Source of the DNA: an uncultured Rickettsiales bacterium
GTDB taxonomy: Bacteria > Myxococcota_A > UBA796 > UBA9615
Assembly (NCBI GenBank): GCA_964512375.1
Contig: CAZEIY010000001.1
Span: 1 to 38,648 of the forward strand
Direction: 5' to 3'
Length of the DNA: 38,648 nucleotides
Part shown: positions 15,936 through 25,533 of the stretch, one piece after another
Position numbering within the stretch: position 1 is the stretch's first letter
Layout of the letters: each line of letters starts with the position of its first letter
Notes under the pieces: model-generated
The model's database searches: none
What the model saw: only the letters and a program-made list of their open reading frames with translations
Told to the model about the DNA's origin: nothing
Translations under genes and position numbers: made by a program

Positions 15936-17203
15936 GTCGGGTCCTGCGGCGGACAGTCCGCTTCGTGTTCTCGTGCCGAGCCCTGGTGGGCTTGTTGGGC
16001 CTGGCTCTGTTCTTGCCGTCTTCGGTCCAGGCACGCCCGCGGCAGTACGATCGCGGCACGCTGGTGACTCGACTGGTGCGACTGGACCAGAAAGCTACGC
16101 TCGTGCGTACCGTGCAGCGCGACCTGGCCCGTCGCAAGATCCGTTCACTGAGCCTGGCTGCGCCCGGCAAGAAGCCGCGGAGCATCGTTACCCGCGGGGG
16201 CTCTTTGCAGAATATCTCCAGCCTGTCGCTGCCCGTACTGGCCGCTGTCTCTGCCACTGCCTCTCCCCGCTGGTGGGGAGGTGAGCGCGACCTGTTGGTC
16301 CGTGTGCGTGGGCAGGGCATTGTCCCGGTAACTCTCCTCTTCAGTCCCCAGGGAGATCTCGTCGTAGAGCAGGGTATGGCTCTCTCTGAGATGGGCTCAA
16401 AGGCCTCGGCCACAGCTCTCCGCGAAGGCTTCTCCCTTGGCCGCATACGAGGTCAAGGACGGTCCTGGAAGAGAGAGGAACTGGGGGTGGTGAAGGACGC
16501 CCTGTCGCTCCTCAGTGGCAAAGAGAGGCGCGCGGTCAGGGGTCTGGACTTTGTGCGGGCTCCAGCCTGGCGGGGGGGGACTCGGCACGCGGGGCGGTAT
16601 CGCAAGGACCGACGTGGGGCGCGTATCATGGTCTACGATCGAGCCTTTGCTGGCGACCGCTATGGTTTCTTTGGATCGGTCCGTAGCCCCCGCCCCGCTT
16701 CTTTCAGCACCATCTTGCACGAGGTGGGTCACGCACTTGCTGACTGGCCTGCTCGCCAGGCCTGGGATGAGGTAGACCGTAAGCAGCGTCGACAGAAGCG
16801 AGTCTACAAGGAGTACAAAAAGGCCTATCGCAGCTACCGCGCCGCCTATTCTGCTTACCGGGCCAGCGTGCCCAGCGGTCGCCGGGAGCTTATCGCGAAG
16901 CGCGAGCAGGCCATGAAGAAGCGTCAAGCTGAGGCCGAGGCTCTGGGGAAACGCCTCCGCTCAGTCCAAGATGAACAGCGCAGGCTGAATCACCGTTATC
17001 GACGTATCCAGCGGCGCGGTCCGGTGATCCGTGCCTACCGGAAGGCGTTGGTAGGGCGCCGTGGTCCGACCCGCTACGGACGCACGAGTATTCACGAGTC
17101 GTTTGCGGAGTCCTTTGCCTTGTATCGCGGGGACCCAGCGGCTCTCCAGCGCATTCTGCCTAGGGTGTATCGCTGGTTCGAGCAGGGTGGGCACCTGAAC
17201 TGA
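15878..17203 (+). CDS. Secreted HExxH zinc-metallopeptidase-like protein with a long basic coiled-coil insertion
   Basis: HEVGH at 16718-16732. A distal IHESFAESFALY helix is the candidate third-ligand Glu (gluzincin-like). Signal peptide ...LVGLLGLALFLPSSVQA. The true start is probably downstream of the binding-protein stop (for example GTG 15965). Confidence 0.6.
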   Translation: MGVRRAVLRVVCVQASWLLSRVLRRTVRFVFSCRALVGLLGLALFLPSSVQARPRQYDRGTLVTRLVRLDQKATLVRTVQRDLARRKIRSLSLAAPGKKPRSIVTRGGSLQNISSLSLPVLAAVSATASPRWWGGERDLLVRVRGQGIVPVTLLFSPQGDLVVEQGMALSEMGSKASATALREGFSLGRIRGQGRSWKREELGVVKDALSLLSGKERRAVRGLDFVRAPAWRGGTRHAGRYRKDRRGARIMVYDRAFAGDRYGFFGSVRSPRPASFSTILHEVGHALADWPARQAWDEVDRKQRRQKRVYKEYKKAYRSYRAAYSAYRASVPSGRRELIAKREQAMKKRQAEAEALGKRLRSVQDEQRRLNHRYRRIQRRGPVIRAYRKALVGRRGPTRYGRTSIHESFAESFALYRGDPAALQRILPRVYRWFEQGGHLN

Positions 17204-17248
17204 AAGCCGGGCAGTTAGCGGGCGTTCTGGTCGTGGAACCCCGGCGTC

Positions 17249-18567
<1,319 letters not shown>

Positions 18568-18571
<4 letters not shown>

Positions 18572-19629
18572 GACTGCCGGCCTCTCAACGTGTCCACCTG
18601 GCGTACCGCCATTGCGTGTCCCTGGAGAGCGATCATTACCAGCGCGGCAGGCAGTGCCAGCTTGAGGGGATAGCGAGGGAGCCCGCCCGGATCGGGGGAG
18701 ATCTCGTGGACCTGCCAGGAGTTGAGCACCGAGGGCAGTGAGAACCAGAGGGCGCCGACGCAGAAGGGCAGGAGGAACAGGAGCGTACCAGCCAGGTCGA
18801 TGCGGGCCTTACCGATGGAACTCAGGCGGCCGTACAACACATCGACTCGCACGTGACCATCCTCGCGCAGGGTCCATGCGGCTCCGAGCAGGAAGACCAG
18901 GCTGAACATGTACCACTGCGCCTCGATGTAGGCGTTGGAGCTAAGACTCAGGCCGCTGAACTGGTCGAGCTTTCGGGCGATCGCGTTGTAGCCGCCGACC
19001 AGGACCATGAGCAGCGCAAGCCAGGCGACACCCGTGCCAACCCAGCCGTTGAAGCGGTCGATACTCGTGACGAGGCGTCGCTGCAGAGGTACACCAGCGC
19101 CCTGGACCGAGGTAGACAGGAGCAGTAGATAGCTCGAGGCAAGGTAGAGCAGCACTCCGATCTCGGGCTGAAAGTCAGCGGTGCCGAGGCTGGCCTGTGC
19201 GCTCAAGGGTGTGTCCGCCAGGCTTCGCTCGAAGCTCGCCAGGTAGGCGGCTCCGTTGCGGGCCACCAGTACGAACAGCGCGATGCACGCATGGCAGGTC
19301 GCCACGGTGCTGAGGAGCATCAGCTCACGGCCACGGCGAAGCGAGGCGAATACAGCGCCAAGCACGCCAAGGCAGAGCGCTATCTGACCGGCACCGACGT
19401 GGTAGCCGATGGGAGCAAAGGAGAGCCTGCGTCCATTAGCTCCGGCTGGTATGCCCAGCGCTGGCAGCTCGACCGGGGAGATGACCCGCACAGCTGTCTC
19501 GGCCCATGGCAGGAGTGCGCTGGTGATCATCAGCAGCGCTGGAATCAGGCTGACCGCGATGGCCAGAGGAGTCGCTATCGGCTTCGCTGAGTCGCGCTGG
19601 GCATCCTCTGCCTCGTGCTTGTCACTCAC
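18568..19629 (-). CDS. dctQ: TRAP transporter small permease subunit (DctQ domain, residues ~185-353) with a ~180-aa N-terminal multi-TM extension
   Basis: The C-terminal half IDRFNGWVGTGVAWLALLMVLVGGYNAIARK...EAQWYMFSLVFLLGAAWTLREDGHVRVDVLY...DLAGTLLFLLPFC is DctQ-like. There is a 4-nt overlap with dctM (18568-18571) and a GTGA overlap with the upstream aminotransferase stop (19626-19629). Confidence 0.8.
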
Positions 19630-20489
19630 GGATCGAGGTCTCGACCCACCAGGGAGGCGAAGGCACCAGCGAGGCGCTCGGTTATGGGTCCCGGAGCCAC
19701 TCGCAGCGGCTGACCGTCGACGTTGCGAACGGCCTGTACGCAGCGAATTGTCGACGAGAGGAAGGCCTCGTCGCTGCGCGCGAGCGCCTGCAGGGGCAGA
19801 GGCCCCTGGCTAACCTCCAGGCCAAGCTCCTGAGCCAACTCCAGAACCAGAGAGCGAGTGATTCCGGGCAGGCAACCGGAGCTGAGGGGCGGCGTGCGCA
19901 GTTGGCCTTCCCAGACGACGAAGATATTGCTCCCCGTCCCTTCGCAGAGGTCGCCGTGGGTGTTTGGGAAGAGCGCCTCACTTGCGCCCTGCTCGTAGGC
20001 TCGTCGCAGCGCGCGCACGTTCTCGCCGTACGAGGTGGTCTTCAGGCCGACCAGTGCACCTCGGTCGTTGCGTGCCCAGGGCACAGTAATGACGTCGCTG
20101 ATGGTCGGCACTTCCCCCAGCGGGGAGACCGTGATCAGTGTGGTCGTCGGCCCATCGCCTCGTAGGGTGGAAGCAGGACCGAGGCCGCCGGTGATGGTGA
20201 TGCGTACTCGGCTCTCGGCGAAGTCGTGGGCATCGAGCAGGTCGCGGGTCCAGCCCAGCAGGGTCGTGGAGCTATGGGTGGTGAGGCCCATGACGTCAGC
20301 GGAGCGCTTGAGTCGCTCGAAGTGACGTGTCCAGGAGAAGACCCCTCCGCCGAAGGTGCGCATGGTCTCGAACACGCCATCACCCACGGTGAGCCCGTGG
20401 TCGAAGGGCGAGATTCTGGCCTCGCTCTCAGGGACTACGTGTCCATTCAGAGAGACCATGCGCTCGTCACCTTGCTCGCTCATCAACAC
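19626..20489 (-). CDS. Class IV (fold type IV) PLP-dependent aminotransferase/lyase (IlvE/Dat/PabC family)
   Basis: ISPFDHGLTVGDGVFETMR, candidate catalytic Lys in VGLKTTSYGENV, EALFPNTHGDLCEGTGSNIFVV, GCLPGITR. Start could be GTG 20489, ATG 20483 or ATG 20459. Confidence 0.85.
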   Translation of the reverse strand: MLMSEQGDERMVSLNGHVVPESEARISPFDHGLTVGDGVFETMRTFGGGVFSWTRHFERLKRSADVMGLTTHSSTTLLGWTRDLLDAHDFAESRVRITITGGLGPASTLRGDGPTTTLITVSPLGEVPTISDVITVPWARNDRGALVGLKTTSYGENVRALRRAYEQGASEALFPNTHGDLCEGTGSNIFVVWEGQLRTPPLSSGCLPGITRSLVLELAQELGLEVSQGPLPLQALARSDEAFLSSTIRCVQAVRNVDGQPLRVAPGPITERLAGAFASLVGRDLDP

Positions 20490-20549
20490 GAAAACCTTCT
20501 CGTTTGAGGTGAACTCTGGCCCACTCTCCGACCTGCTGCCGCGGGCAAG

Positions 20550-21164
20550 TTAGTCGGAAGTGGTCGGCAAATCCAGCAGACCGCGCTCGGAGAGCTCGTC
20601 TCGAAGAGATGATTCACCGGTGAAATGGATCGCGTCCATCCCGACGTCGCGTGCTCCCGCACAGTTGCTCTCCTTGTTGTCGATGAACAAGAAGTGCGAT
20701 GGGTCACGCTGAAGTTGCCTGGCTGCGTGGCGGTAGGCCTCGGGAGCTGGCTTACGCAATCCGGTCTGGCACGACACGAAGGTCCATGGCAGGTAGCGGG
20801 ACACGTAGAGGCAGTCTTCGACTACCTCGAACCAGCGAGGATAGTTGGACATGCAATGCATCTGGGTGCCGGCACGCTGCAGCTCAGCGAGGAGGGCTTC
20901 CATTCCGTCTAACCAGCGATATCCGCGGCGGAACAACTCGAGGAAGGCGCTCTGGTCCCAGGTGTGCTCCGCGGGCAGGAACTCGTCGAGGAACCTCTGT
21001 TGGTCAATCTCTCCGCGCTCGAAGCGGTACCAGGCCTCGGCGTTTGCCATGGCATACAGCTGCTTCGCTGGCATGCCGAAGAAGCTGGCCATCTCTCGAT
21101 AGGGGTCATACACCAGGGTGTCCATGACATCGAAGAGCAAGACGGGCTCGGTCGCCGATGTCAT
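20550..21164 (-). CDS. HAD-superfamily hydrolase
   Basis: Motif I LLFDVMDTLV (DxxDT). Motif II SN in CMSNY. Motif IV FIDNKESNCAGARDVGMDAIHF. Confidence 0.8.
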   Translation of the reverse strand: MTSATEPVLLFDVMDTLVYDPYREMASFFGMPAKQLYAMANAEAWYRFERGEIDQQRFLDEFLPAEHTWDQSAFLELFRRGYRWLDGMEALLAELQRAGTQMHCMSNYPRWFEVVEDCLYVSRYLPWTFVSCQTGLRKPAPEAYRHAARQLQRDPSHFLFIDNKESNCAGARDVGMDAIHFTGESSLRDELSERGLLDLPTTSD

Positions 21165-21167
21165 GAC

Positions 21168-21875
21168 TCAGTGTGCTTCCTCTGGTCCCTTGTGGTCCAA
21201 GCTCCAGGGGCCGCGACGAGTCTCGCTGCCGAGGGCCTCACGCAGGAGGCGAAGATAGCGGGAGCGGGGGATCTCGACTGAGCCGAATCGCTCCAGATGG
21301 CTCGTGTGGACCTGACTGTCGATGAGGCTGAAGTTCCAGCGGATCAGTTGCTCTACCAGTGTGACGAAGGCGACCTTCGATGCGTCGCTGCGGTCGGCGA
21401 ACATGGACTCTCCGAAGAAGATAGAGCCCAGCGATACTCCATATAGGCCACCGACCAACTCATCCTGGTTCCAGGCTTCGGCGGAGTGGGCGAAGCCGAG
21501 TCGGTGCAGGTCGAGGTAGCCGTCGAGCATCTCATCGGTGATCCAGGTGCCATCCTGTCCGGGTCGAGGGACGGCCGCACAGCGTGTAATTACGTCCTCG
21601 AATGACTCATCCAGAGTGATTCGGAAGGTGCCCTTTCGCATTGCTTGCCGCAGCGAGCGCGAGACGTGCAGTTCCTGTGGGAAGAGCACGAAGCGTGGAT
21701 CGGGCGAGTGCCAGAGGATGGGCTGGCCTTCGGAGTACCAGGGGAAGATGCCACTTGCGTAGGCCTGTAGTAGCCGCGAGGGCTGCAAGTCTCCACCGAT
21801 GGCGATCAGTCCGGTGGGATCGGCGAGCTCGGGGTCCGGGAAGAGGACCTCATCGGGGAGTGCGTAGATGGGCAC
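21168..21875 (-). CDS. aat: Leucyl/phenylalanyl-tRNA--protein transferase
   Basis: Collinear with E. coli Aat as I recall it: GLIAIGGDLQPSRLLQAYASGIFPWY, ILWHSPDPR, GTWITDEM, HSAEAWNQDELVGGLYGVSLGSIFFGESMF, IDSQ. Confidence 0.92.
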   Translation of the reverse strand: MPIYALPDEVLFPDPELADPTGLIAIGGDLQPSRLLQAYASGIFPWYSEGQPILWHSPDPRFVLFPQELHVSRSLRQAMRKGTFRITLDESFEDVITRCAAVPRPGQDGTWITDEMLDGYLDLHRLGFAHSAEAWNQDELVGGLYGVSLGSIFFGESMFADRSDASKVAFVTLVEQLIRWNFSLIDSQVHTSHLERFGSVEIPRSRYLRLLREALGSETRRGPWSLDHKGPEEAH

Positions 21876-21884
21876 CGACGGTCC

Positions 21885-22715
21885 TCAGCTTAAGAGCTGC
21901 AGTCGCCCGTGGCCCGAGTCCTGTGAGCCCAGGTCCTCTGGGCCGAGTCCGAGTTCTTGCCAGAGCGACGTGTCGAGGAGGTGAGAAGCGCGGACGTTGG
22001 TGAGCGCTGCGAGCATCGAGCCGCGAACCTTGGGATAGCGCTCTTCGAGGCGTCCGACCAGGGCCTTGACCTCCTGACGCTGCAGGTTGTCCTGACTTCC
22101 GCACAGGTTGCAGGGGAGGATCGGGAACTGTTGCTCCAGAGAAAACTCAGCGAGCTCCCTCTCGTAGCAGTTGATGAGGGGGCGGATCACAGTGTTGCGT
22201 CCGTCGTCGGAACGCAACCAGGCCGGCATGGTCTTGAGTTGACCCGTGAACATGAGGTTGAGCAGGAGGGTCTCGACGGCATCGTCACCGTGGTGCCCGA
22301 GGGCAATCTTGTTGCACTTCAGATCGACCGCAGCGTTGTAGAGAATGCCCCGTCGTAGTCGAGAGCAGAGGCTGCAGTAGGTGGAGTTCTCGCTGAGCTT
22401 GTCGACGACGACGGAGTAGGTGTCCTGACGAGCGATGACGTATTCGCCTCCCCACTCGCGCAGCCAGTGCTCCAGCGGCTCACCGTCGTAGCCGGGCTGG
22501 CCCTGGTCGAGATGCCAGGCGACCAGCTCGAAGTGGATTGGCGCGCGCCCACGCAGACGGTCGAGCAGGCGCAGGAGGCCGTACGAGTCCTTGCCACCGG
22601 ACAGCGCGACAAGCACGCGGTCGCCGTCTTCGATCATGCTGAAGTCTTTGATGGATCGGCCTACCCGCGAGAGCAACTTTCGCTCGAGTCGGCTCACCTG
22701 TTTCTTGGTGCTCAT
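21885..22715 (-). CDS. ttcA: tRNA 2-thiocytidine(32) synthetase
   Basis: PP-loop VLVALSGGKDSY. Fe-S cysteines CSLCSRLRRG and CNLCGSQ. 276 aa. Confidence 0.92.
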   Translation of the reverse strand: MSTKKQVSRLERKLLSRVGRSIKDFSMIEDGDRVLVALSGGKDSYGLLRLLDRLRGRAPIHFELVAWHLDQGQPGYDGEPLEHWLREWGGEYVIARQDTYSVVVDKLSENSTYCSLCSRLRRGILYNAAVDLKCNKIALGHHGDDAVETLLLNLMFTGQLKTMPAWLRSDDGRNTVIRPLINCYERELAEFSLEQQFPILPCNLCGSQDNLQRQEVKALVGRLEERYPKVRGSMLAALTNVRASHLLDTSLWQELGLGPEDLGSQDSGHGRLQLLS

Positions 22716-22776
22716 ACCCGCGCAAGGTAGCGGATTGGTCCTGTGAAGTCCCGAAAATGTGGGTGGCTGCGTTGGC

Positions 22777-23424
22777 TCATGCTCCCTGCTGCTTGGGAAC
22801 TACCAGAGGCTGCACATCCTCGATCACGCCGAGCCGGTGCAGGACCTCGACGACCATCATCCAGGTCAGTCCCCAGAGCACCCCGTGCACACCCAGGTCG
22901 ACGCCCGGGAAGCTCATCGGGTGGTCAGCGCGCTCGGCGTCGACATAGGTGCGTAGTGCGGGATCGGGGAGCTGGTGTACGGGGAACCAGAAGGTGGCGT
23001 CGACCTCTTCGTTGTGGGCAAGAGGAGGGTCCTGCTGCCCGTTAAGTACGAACGCGATGGGCTGAATCGCCATCGGCAGGATGCTGCCTCGCGCCCGGGC
23101 CTGTAGCTCGTCCAGGAAACCCAACTGTTCCCCTGTGACGTTCAGGTCGAGACCCACCTCTTCGCGGGTCTCGCGGACGGCCGTCTCGGGCAGGTCTTTG
23201 TCCTGTGGGTCCTGGCGTCCGCCGGGGAAGCTGAGCTGACCAGACCAGGGGTCCTTCTCATGCCTGGCGCGGCGCATGAAGAGGATCTCTGCCTCGCCTC
23301 CCGGCCCTGACCGAAAGATGGCGGCCACTGCAGAACGGCGCATTGTCTCGGCTCCTTCGACAGCGCGCGCCGGGCGAACGAGCAGTCTCTGGCGTACGTG
23401 ACTCAGGGAGACGCTCGGAGTCAC
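22777..23424 (-). CDS. Nudix hydrolase, CoA pyrophosphatase (NudL/PCD1-like)
   Basis: Nudix box GGRQDPQDKDLPETAVRETREEVGL, preceded by ILFMRRARHEKDPWSGQLSFPGG (a CoA-diphosphatase-type motif). Start is GTG 23424 (1-nt overlap with the rlmI stop) or ATG 23343. Confidence 0.8.
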   Translation of the reverse strand: MTPSVSLSHVRQRLLVRPARAVEGAETMRRSAVAAIFRSGPGGEAEILFMRRARHEKDPWSGQLSFPGGRQDPQDKDLPETAVRETREEVGLDLNVTGEQLGFLDELQARARGSILPMAIQPIAFVLNGQQDPPLAHNEEVDATFWFPVHQLPDPALRTYVDAERADHPMSFPGVDLGVHGVLWGLTWMMVVEVLHRLGVIEDVQPLVVPKQQGA

Positions 23425-24632
23425 TAGTCCACCACCAGGGTCAAGCAGCTCAGGTATCGGCCCTGAGGAAATCCGGGTGGAACGGGGTGATCTGCCCCGG
23501 CGCCTGCTCGCCGAAGGACGCGCTGCACGGTTCGCCCGGCATCACTCAGGCCCAGTCGGGCATCTTCGAGAAGGTCATCTTCGGTGAGGCGGGCCGTGCA
23601 TGAGGCGGTCACGAGAAGGGCTCCCTTTCGCAGCTGAGACGCCAGGCCTTGATGGAGCCGCCGATATGCGGAGCGCGCCTTGTCCAGATCGGTCTTCTTG
23701 TGGGAGAGGGCTGGTGGGTCGCAGACGATGAGATCGTAGCGCTGCTCCGATGAAGTTTTTGCCACGGTAGGCAACCACTGGAAGATGTCAGCCGCCTGAA
23801 AACGATGTGGTGTCGGGTCGATACCATTGAGCCGAAACTGCTCGCGGCAGTCAGACAGGATCGACTCGCTTAGATCGATGGAGTGGACGTGCGCTGCTCC
23901 ACCGAGCGCCATGGCCAGGGAGAAGCCGCCGGTATAGCTGAACAGATTGAGGGCTCGATCGCCCTGGCAGGTGATGCCCTGCACGTGGGTTCGGTTTGGA
24001 CGTTGGTCTAGGAAGAATCCCGTCTTCTGGCCGCTGGCAGGTCGCACGAGGTAGCGACGCCCGTCTTCATTGAAGACCAGAGACTCGGGAGGTTCCTCGC
24101 CATGTAGGAGTCGTGTGTCCTCTCCGGGCTGACGCAGAAGGATCGAGCGGATACCGGCTCCCCCCTCGCTGCGCAGGGCTTCGACGAGGAGAGTTAGGTG
24201 TGGCTCCCACAGCGGGCCGTCGGGCTTGAGCACCAGCACGGACCCATAGCGGTCAGCGACCAGTCCGGGAAGACCGTCGCCCTCGCCGGCGAGCAGGCGA
24301 TAGCCGTCGGTGTCCGCGCGTACCATTCGCTCTCGGAGCTTGCGTGCTGCAGCGATGCGGGAGAAGACCAACTTGCGTAGGGGGAGTGGTCTTGTCTCGA
24401 GGGAGAGCACCCGCAGCGCGGGGACTCCCGGACGGAGACTCCCTTCGGCGATGGCATAGCCCATCGGTGCGCCCACTGCGTCGACCAACTCGATAATCTC
24501 GCCGCGGCGTGGCTTCCAGCGGACCGCATCGAACACGTCAGGCCATAGCCAGGGATGTCCCGCGTCAATGGCTGCCTCCGTGCGCTTGTTGAGCTGCACT
24601 GAGCGGAGTCTCTCGTTGTTAGCCCTGGTCAT
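23424..24632 (-). CDS. rlmI: 23S rRNA m5C1962 methyltransferase RlmI-like (PUA + class I SAM methyltransferase)
   Basis: GHPWLWPDVF N-terminal motif, LNLFSYTGGFSLA, DLIVCDPPALS. I place the start at ATG 24632 (MTRANNERL), giving 403 aa. The longer ORF to 24941 overlaps the upstream gene in another frame. Confidence 0.82.
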   Translation of the reverse strand: MTRANNERLRSVQLNKRTEAAIDAGHPWLWPDVFDAVRWKPRRGEIIELVDAVGAPMGYAIAEGSLRPGVPALRVLSLETRPLPLRKLVFSRIAAARKLRERMVRADTDGYRLLAGEGDGLPGLVADRYGSVLVLKPDGPLWEPHLTLLVEALRSEGGAGIRSILLRQPGEDTRLLHGEEPPESLVFNEDGRRYLVRPASGQKTGFFLDQRPNRTHVQGITCQGDRALNLFSYTGGFSLAMALGGAAHVHSIDLSESILSDCREQFRLNGIDPTPHRFQAADIFQWLPTVAKTSSEQRYDLIVCDPPALSHKKTDLDKARSAYRRLHQGLASQLRKGALLVTASCTARLTEDDLLEDARLGLSDAGRTVQRVLRRAGAGADHPVPPGFPQGRYLSCLTLVVD

Positions 24633-25009
24633 GTGGTCTCGGTGTTCTTGTGCGAGTTGTCCTCGGCCGTAGGCTCTCTGCTCTCGCCGGCGCGCTGTCG
24701 TGTCGTGAAGCCCCGAGTCATCCAGTTCACGGCCAATTGGTAGACAATCTCGCAGGGGAACACGAGCGTCAGGAAGCACAACCCAAAGCGCAGCCAGTCG
24801 CCGCGACCACCATCCATCTGCAGGCTTGGAAAAGGACCGGAGAGCGCGTCGAGAAGCATATCCGTCGCGGAGAGGATCAGTAAGACGGGCACCGCCCAGA
24901 TCAGAACGGTGCTCCAGGTGTGCTGGCGGCGCATCGACCACCCGAGAATTAGCGTGCCGATGAAGGCCGTGGTGAGCATCCCTGCGTGAGTACCTGGATC
25001 GAAGAGCAT
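24629..25009 (-). CDS. Small integral membrane protein (3-4 TM), hypothetical
   Basis: From ATG 25009 it reads MLFDPGTHAGMLTTAFIGTLILGW...TVLIWAVPVLLILSATDML...WLRFGLCFLTLVFPCEIVY. It ends in an ATGA overlap with the rlmI start and begins 2 nt after the GNAT stop. Confidence 0.5.
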   Translation of the reverse strand: MLFDPGTHAGMLTTAFIGTLILGWSMRRQHTWSTVLIWAVPVLLILSATDMLLDALSGPFPSLQMDGGRGDWLRFGLCFLTLVFPCEIVYQLAVNWMTRGFTTRQRAGESREPTAEDNSHKNTETT

Positions 25010-25011
25010 GA

Positions 25012-25530
25012 TCAGTCCAGTGGCCTTCTCATGCTGATGGCGAGTTGACCGTCCTGGTAGTGCTCGACTTCGTTGGGAGTCGGCCGGAAGCCTGCCGCCT
25101 CGAACAACCTGATGGCCGGTGCATTCTTTGCAGCGACGGTGAGGTGTACCCATTCGATCTTGTAGCGTCGCTTCTGTTTGCTGAGTTCTTGGATCCCCTG
25201 CTCGAGGAGCCGCTTCCCCCAGCCCTGCTGTTGCATCTTCGAGGTTACGCCGATCGCCAGTACGTAGCCCTGGTACTTCTTCCGGGGCCCTTTCATTACG
25301 GTAACCAGGACGAGCCCTGCGGGTAGACCGCTGCCGTCATCTAGTACCCGGCACCAGACGCCGGGTCTGCGAAGCCAGTCAGGAAGGGCATTTGAATAAT
25401 CGCCAAAGGGGCTGAAGAGTTCGGTTCCCAGACCAGCCAATGGAGCTCGGTCGCGGGGTCGCATGGCACGCACCGACGGTAGAGAAACCTCGTTACCGTT
25501 GGCACCAGGCCCAGCAAGGGGGTGTCCCAC
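25012..25530 (-). CDS. GNAT family N-acetyltransferase (RimI-like)
   Basis: Motif A GYVLAIGVTSKMQQQGWGKRLLEQGI (Q/R-x-x-G-x-G/A). C-terminal NAPAIRLFEAAGF. Confidence 0.8.
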   Translation of the reverse strand: MGHPLAGPGANGNEVSLPSVRAMRPRDRAPLAGLGTELFSPFGDYSNALPDWLRRPGVWCRVLDDGSGLPAGLVLVTVMKGPRKKYQGYVLAIGVTSKMQQQGWGKRLLEQGIQELSKQKRRYKIEWVHLTVAAKNAPAIRLFEAAGFRPTPNEVEHYQDGQLAISMRRPLD

Positions 25531-25533
25531 AGA

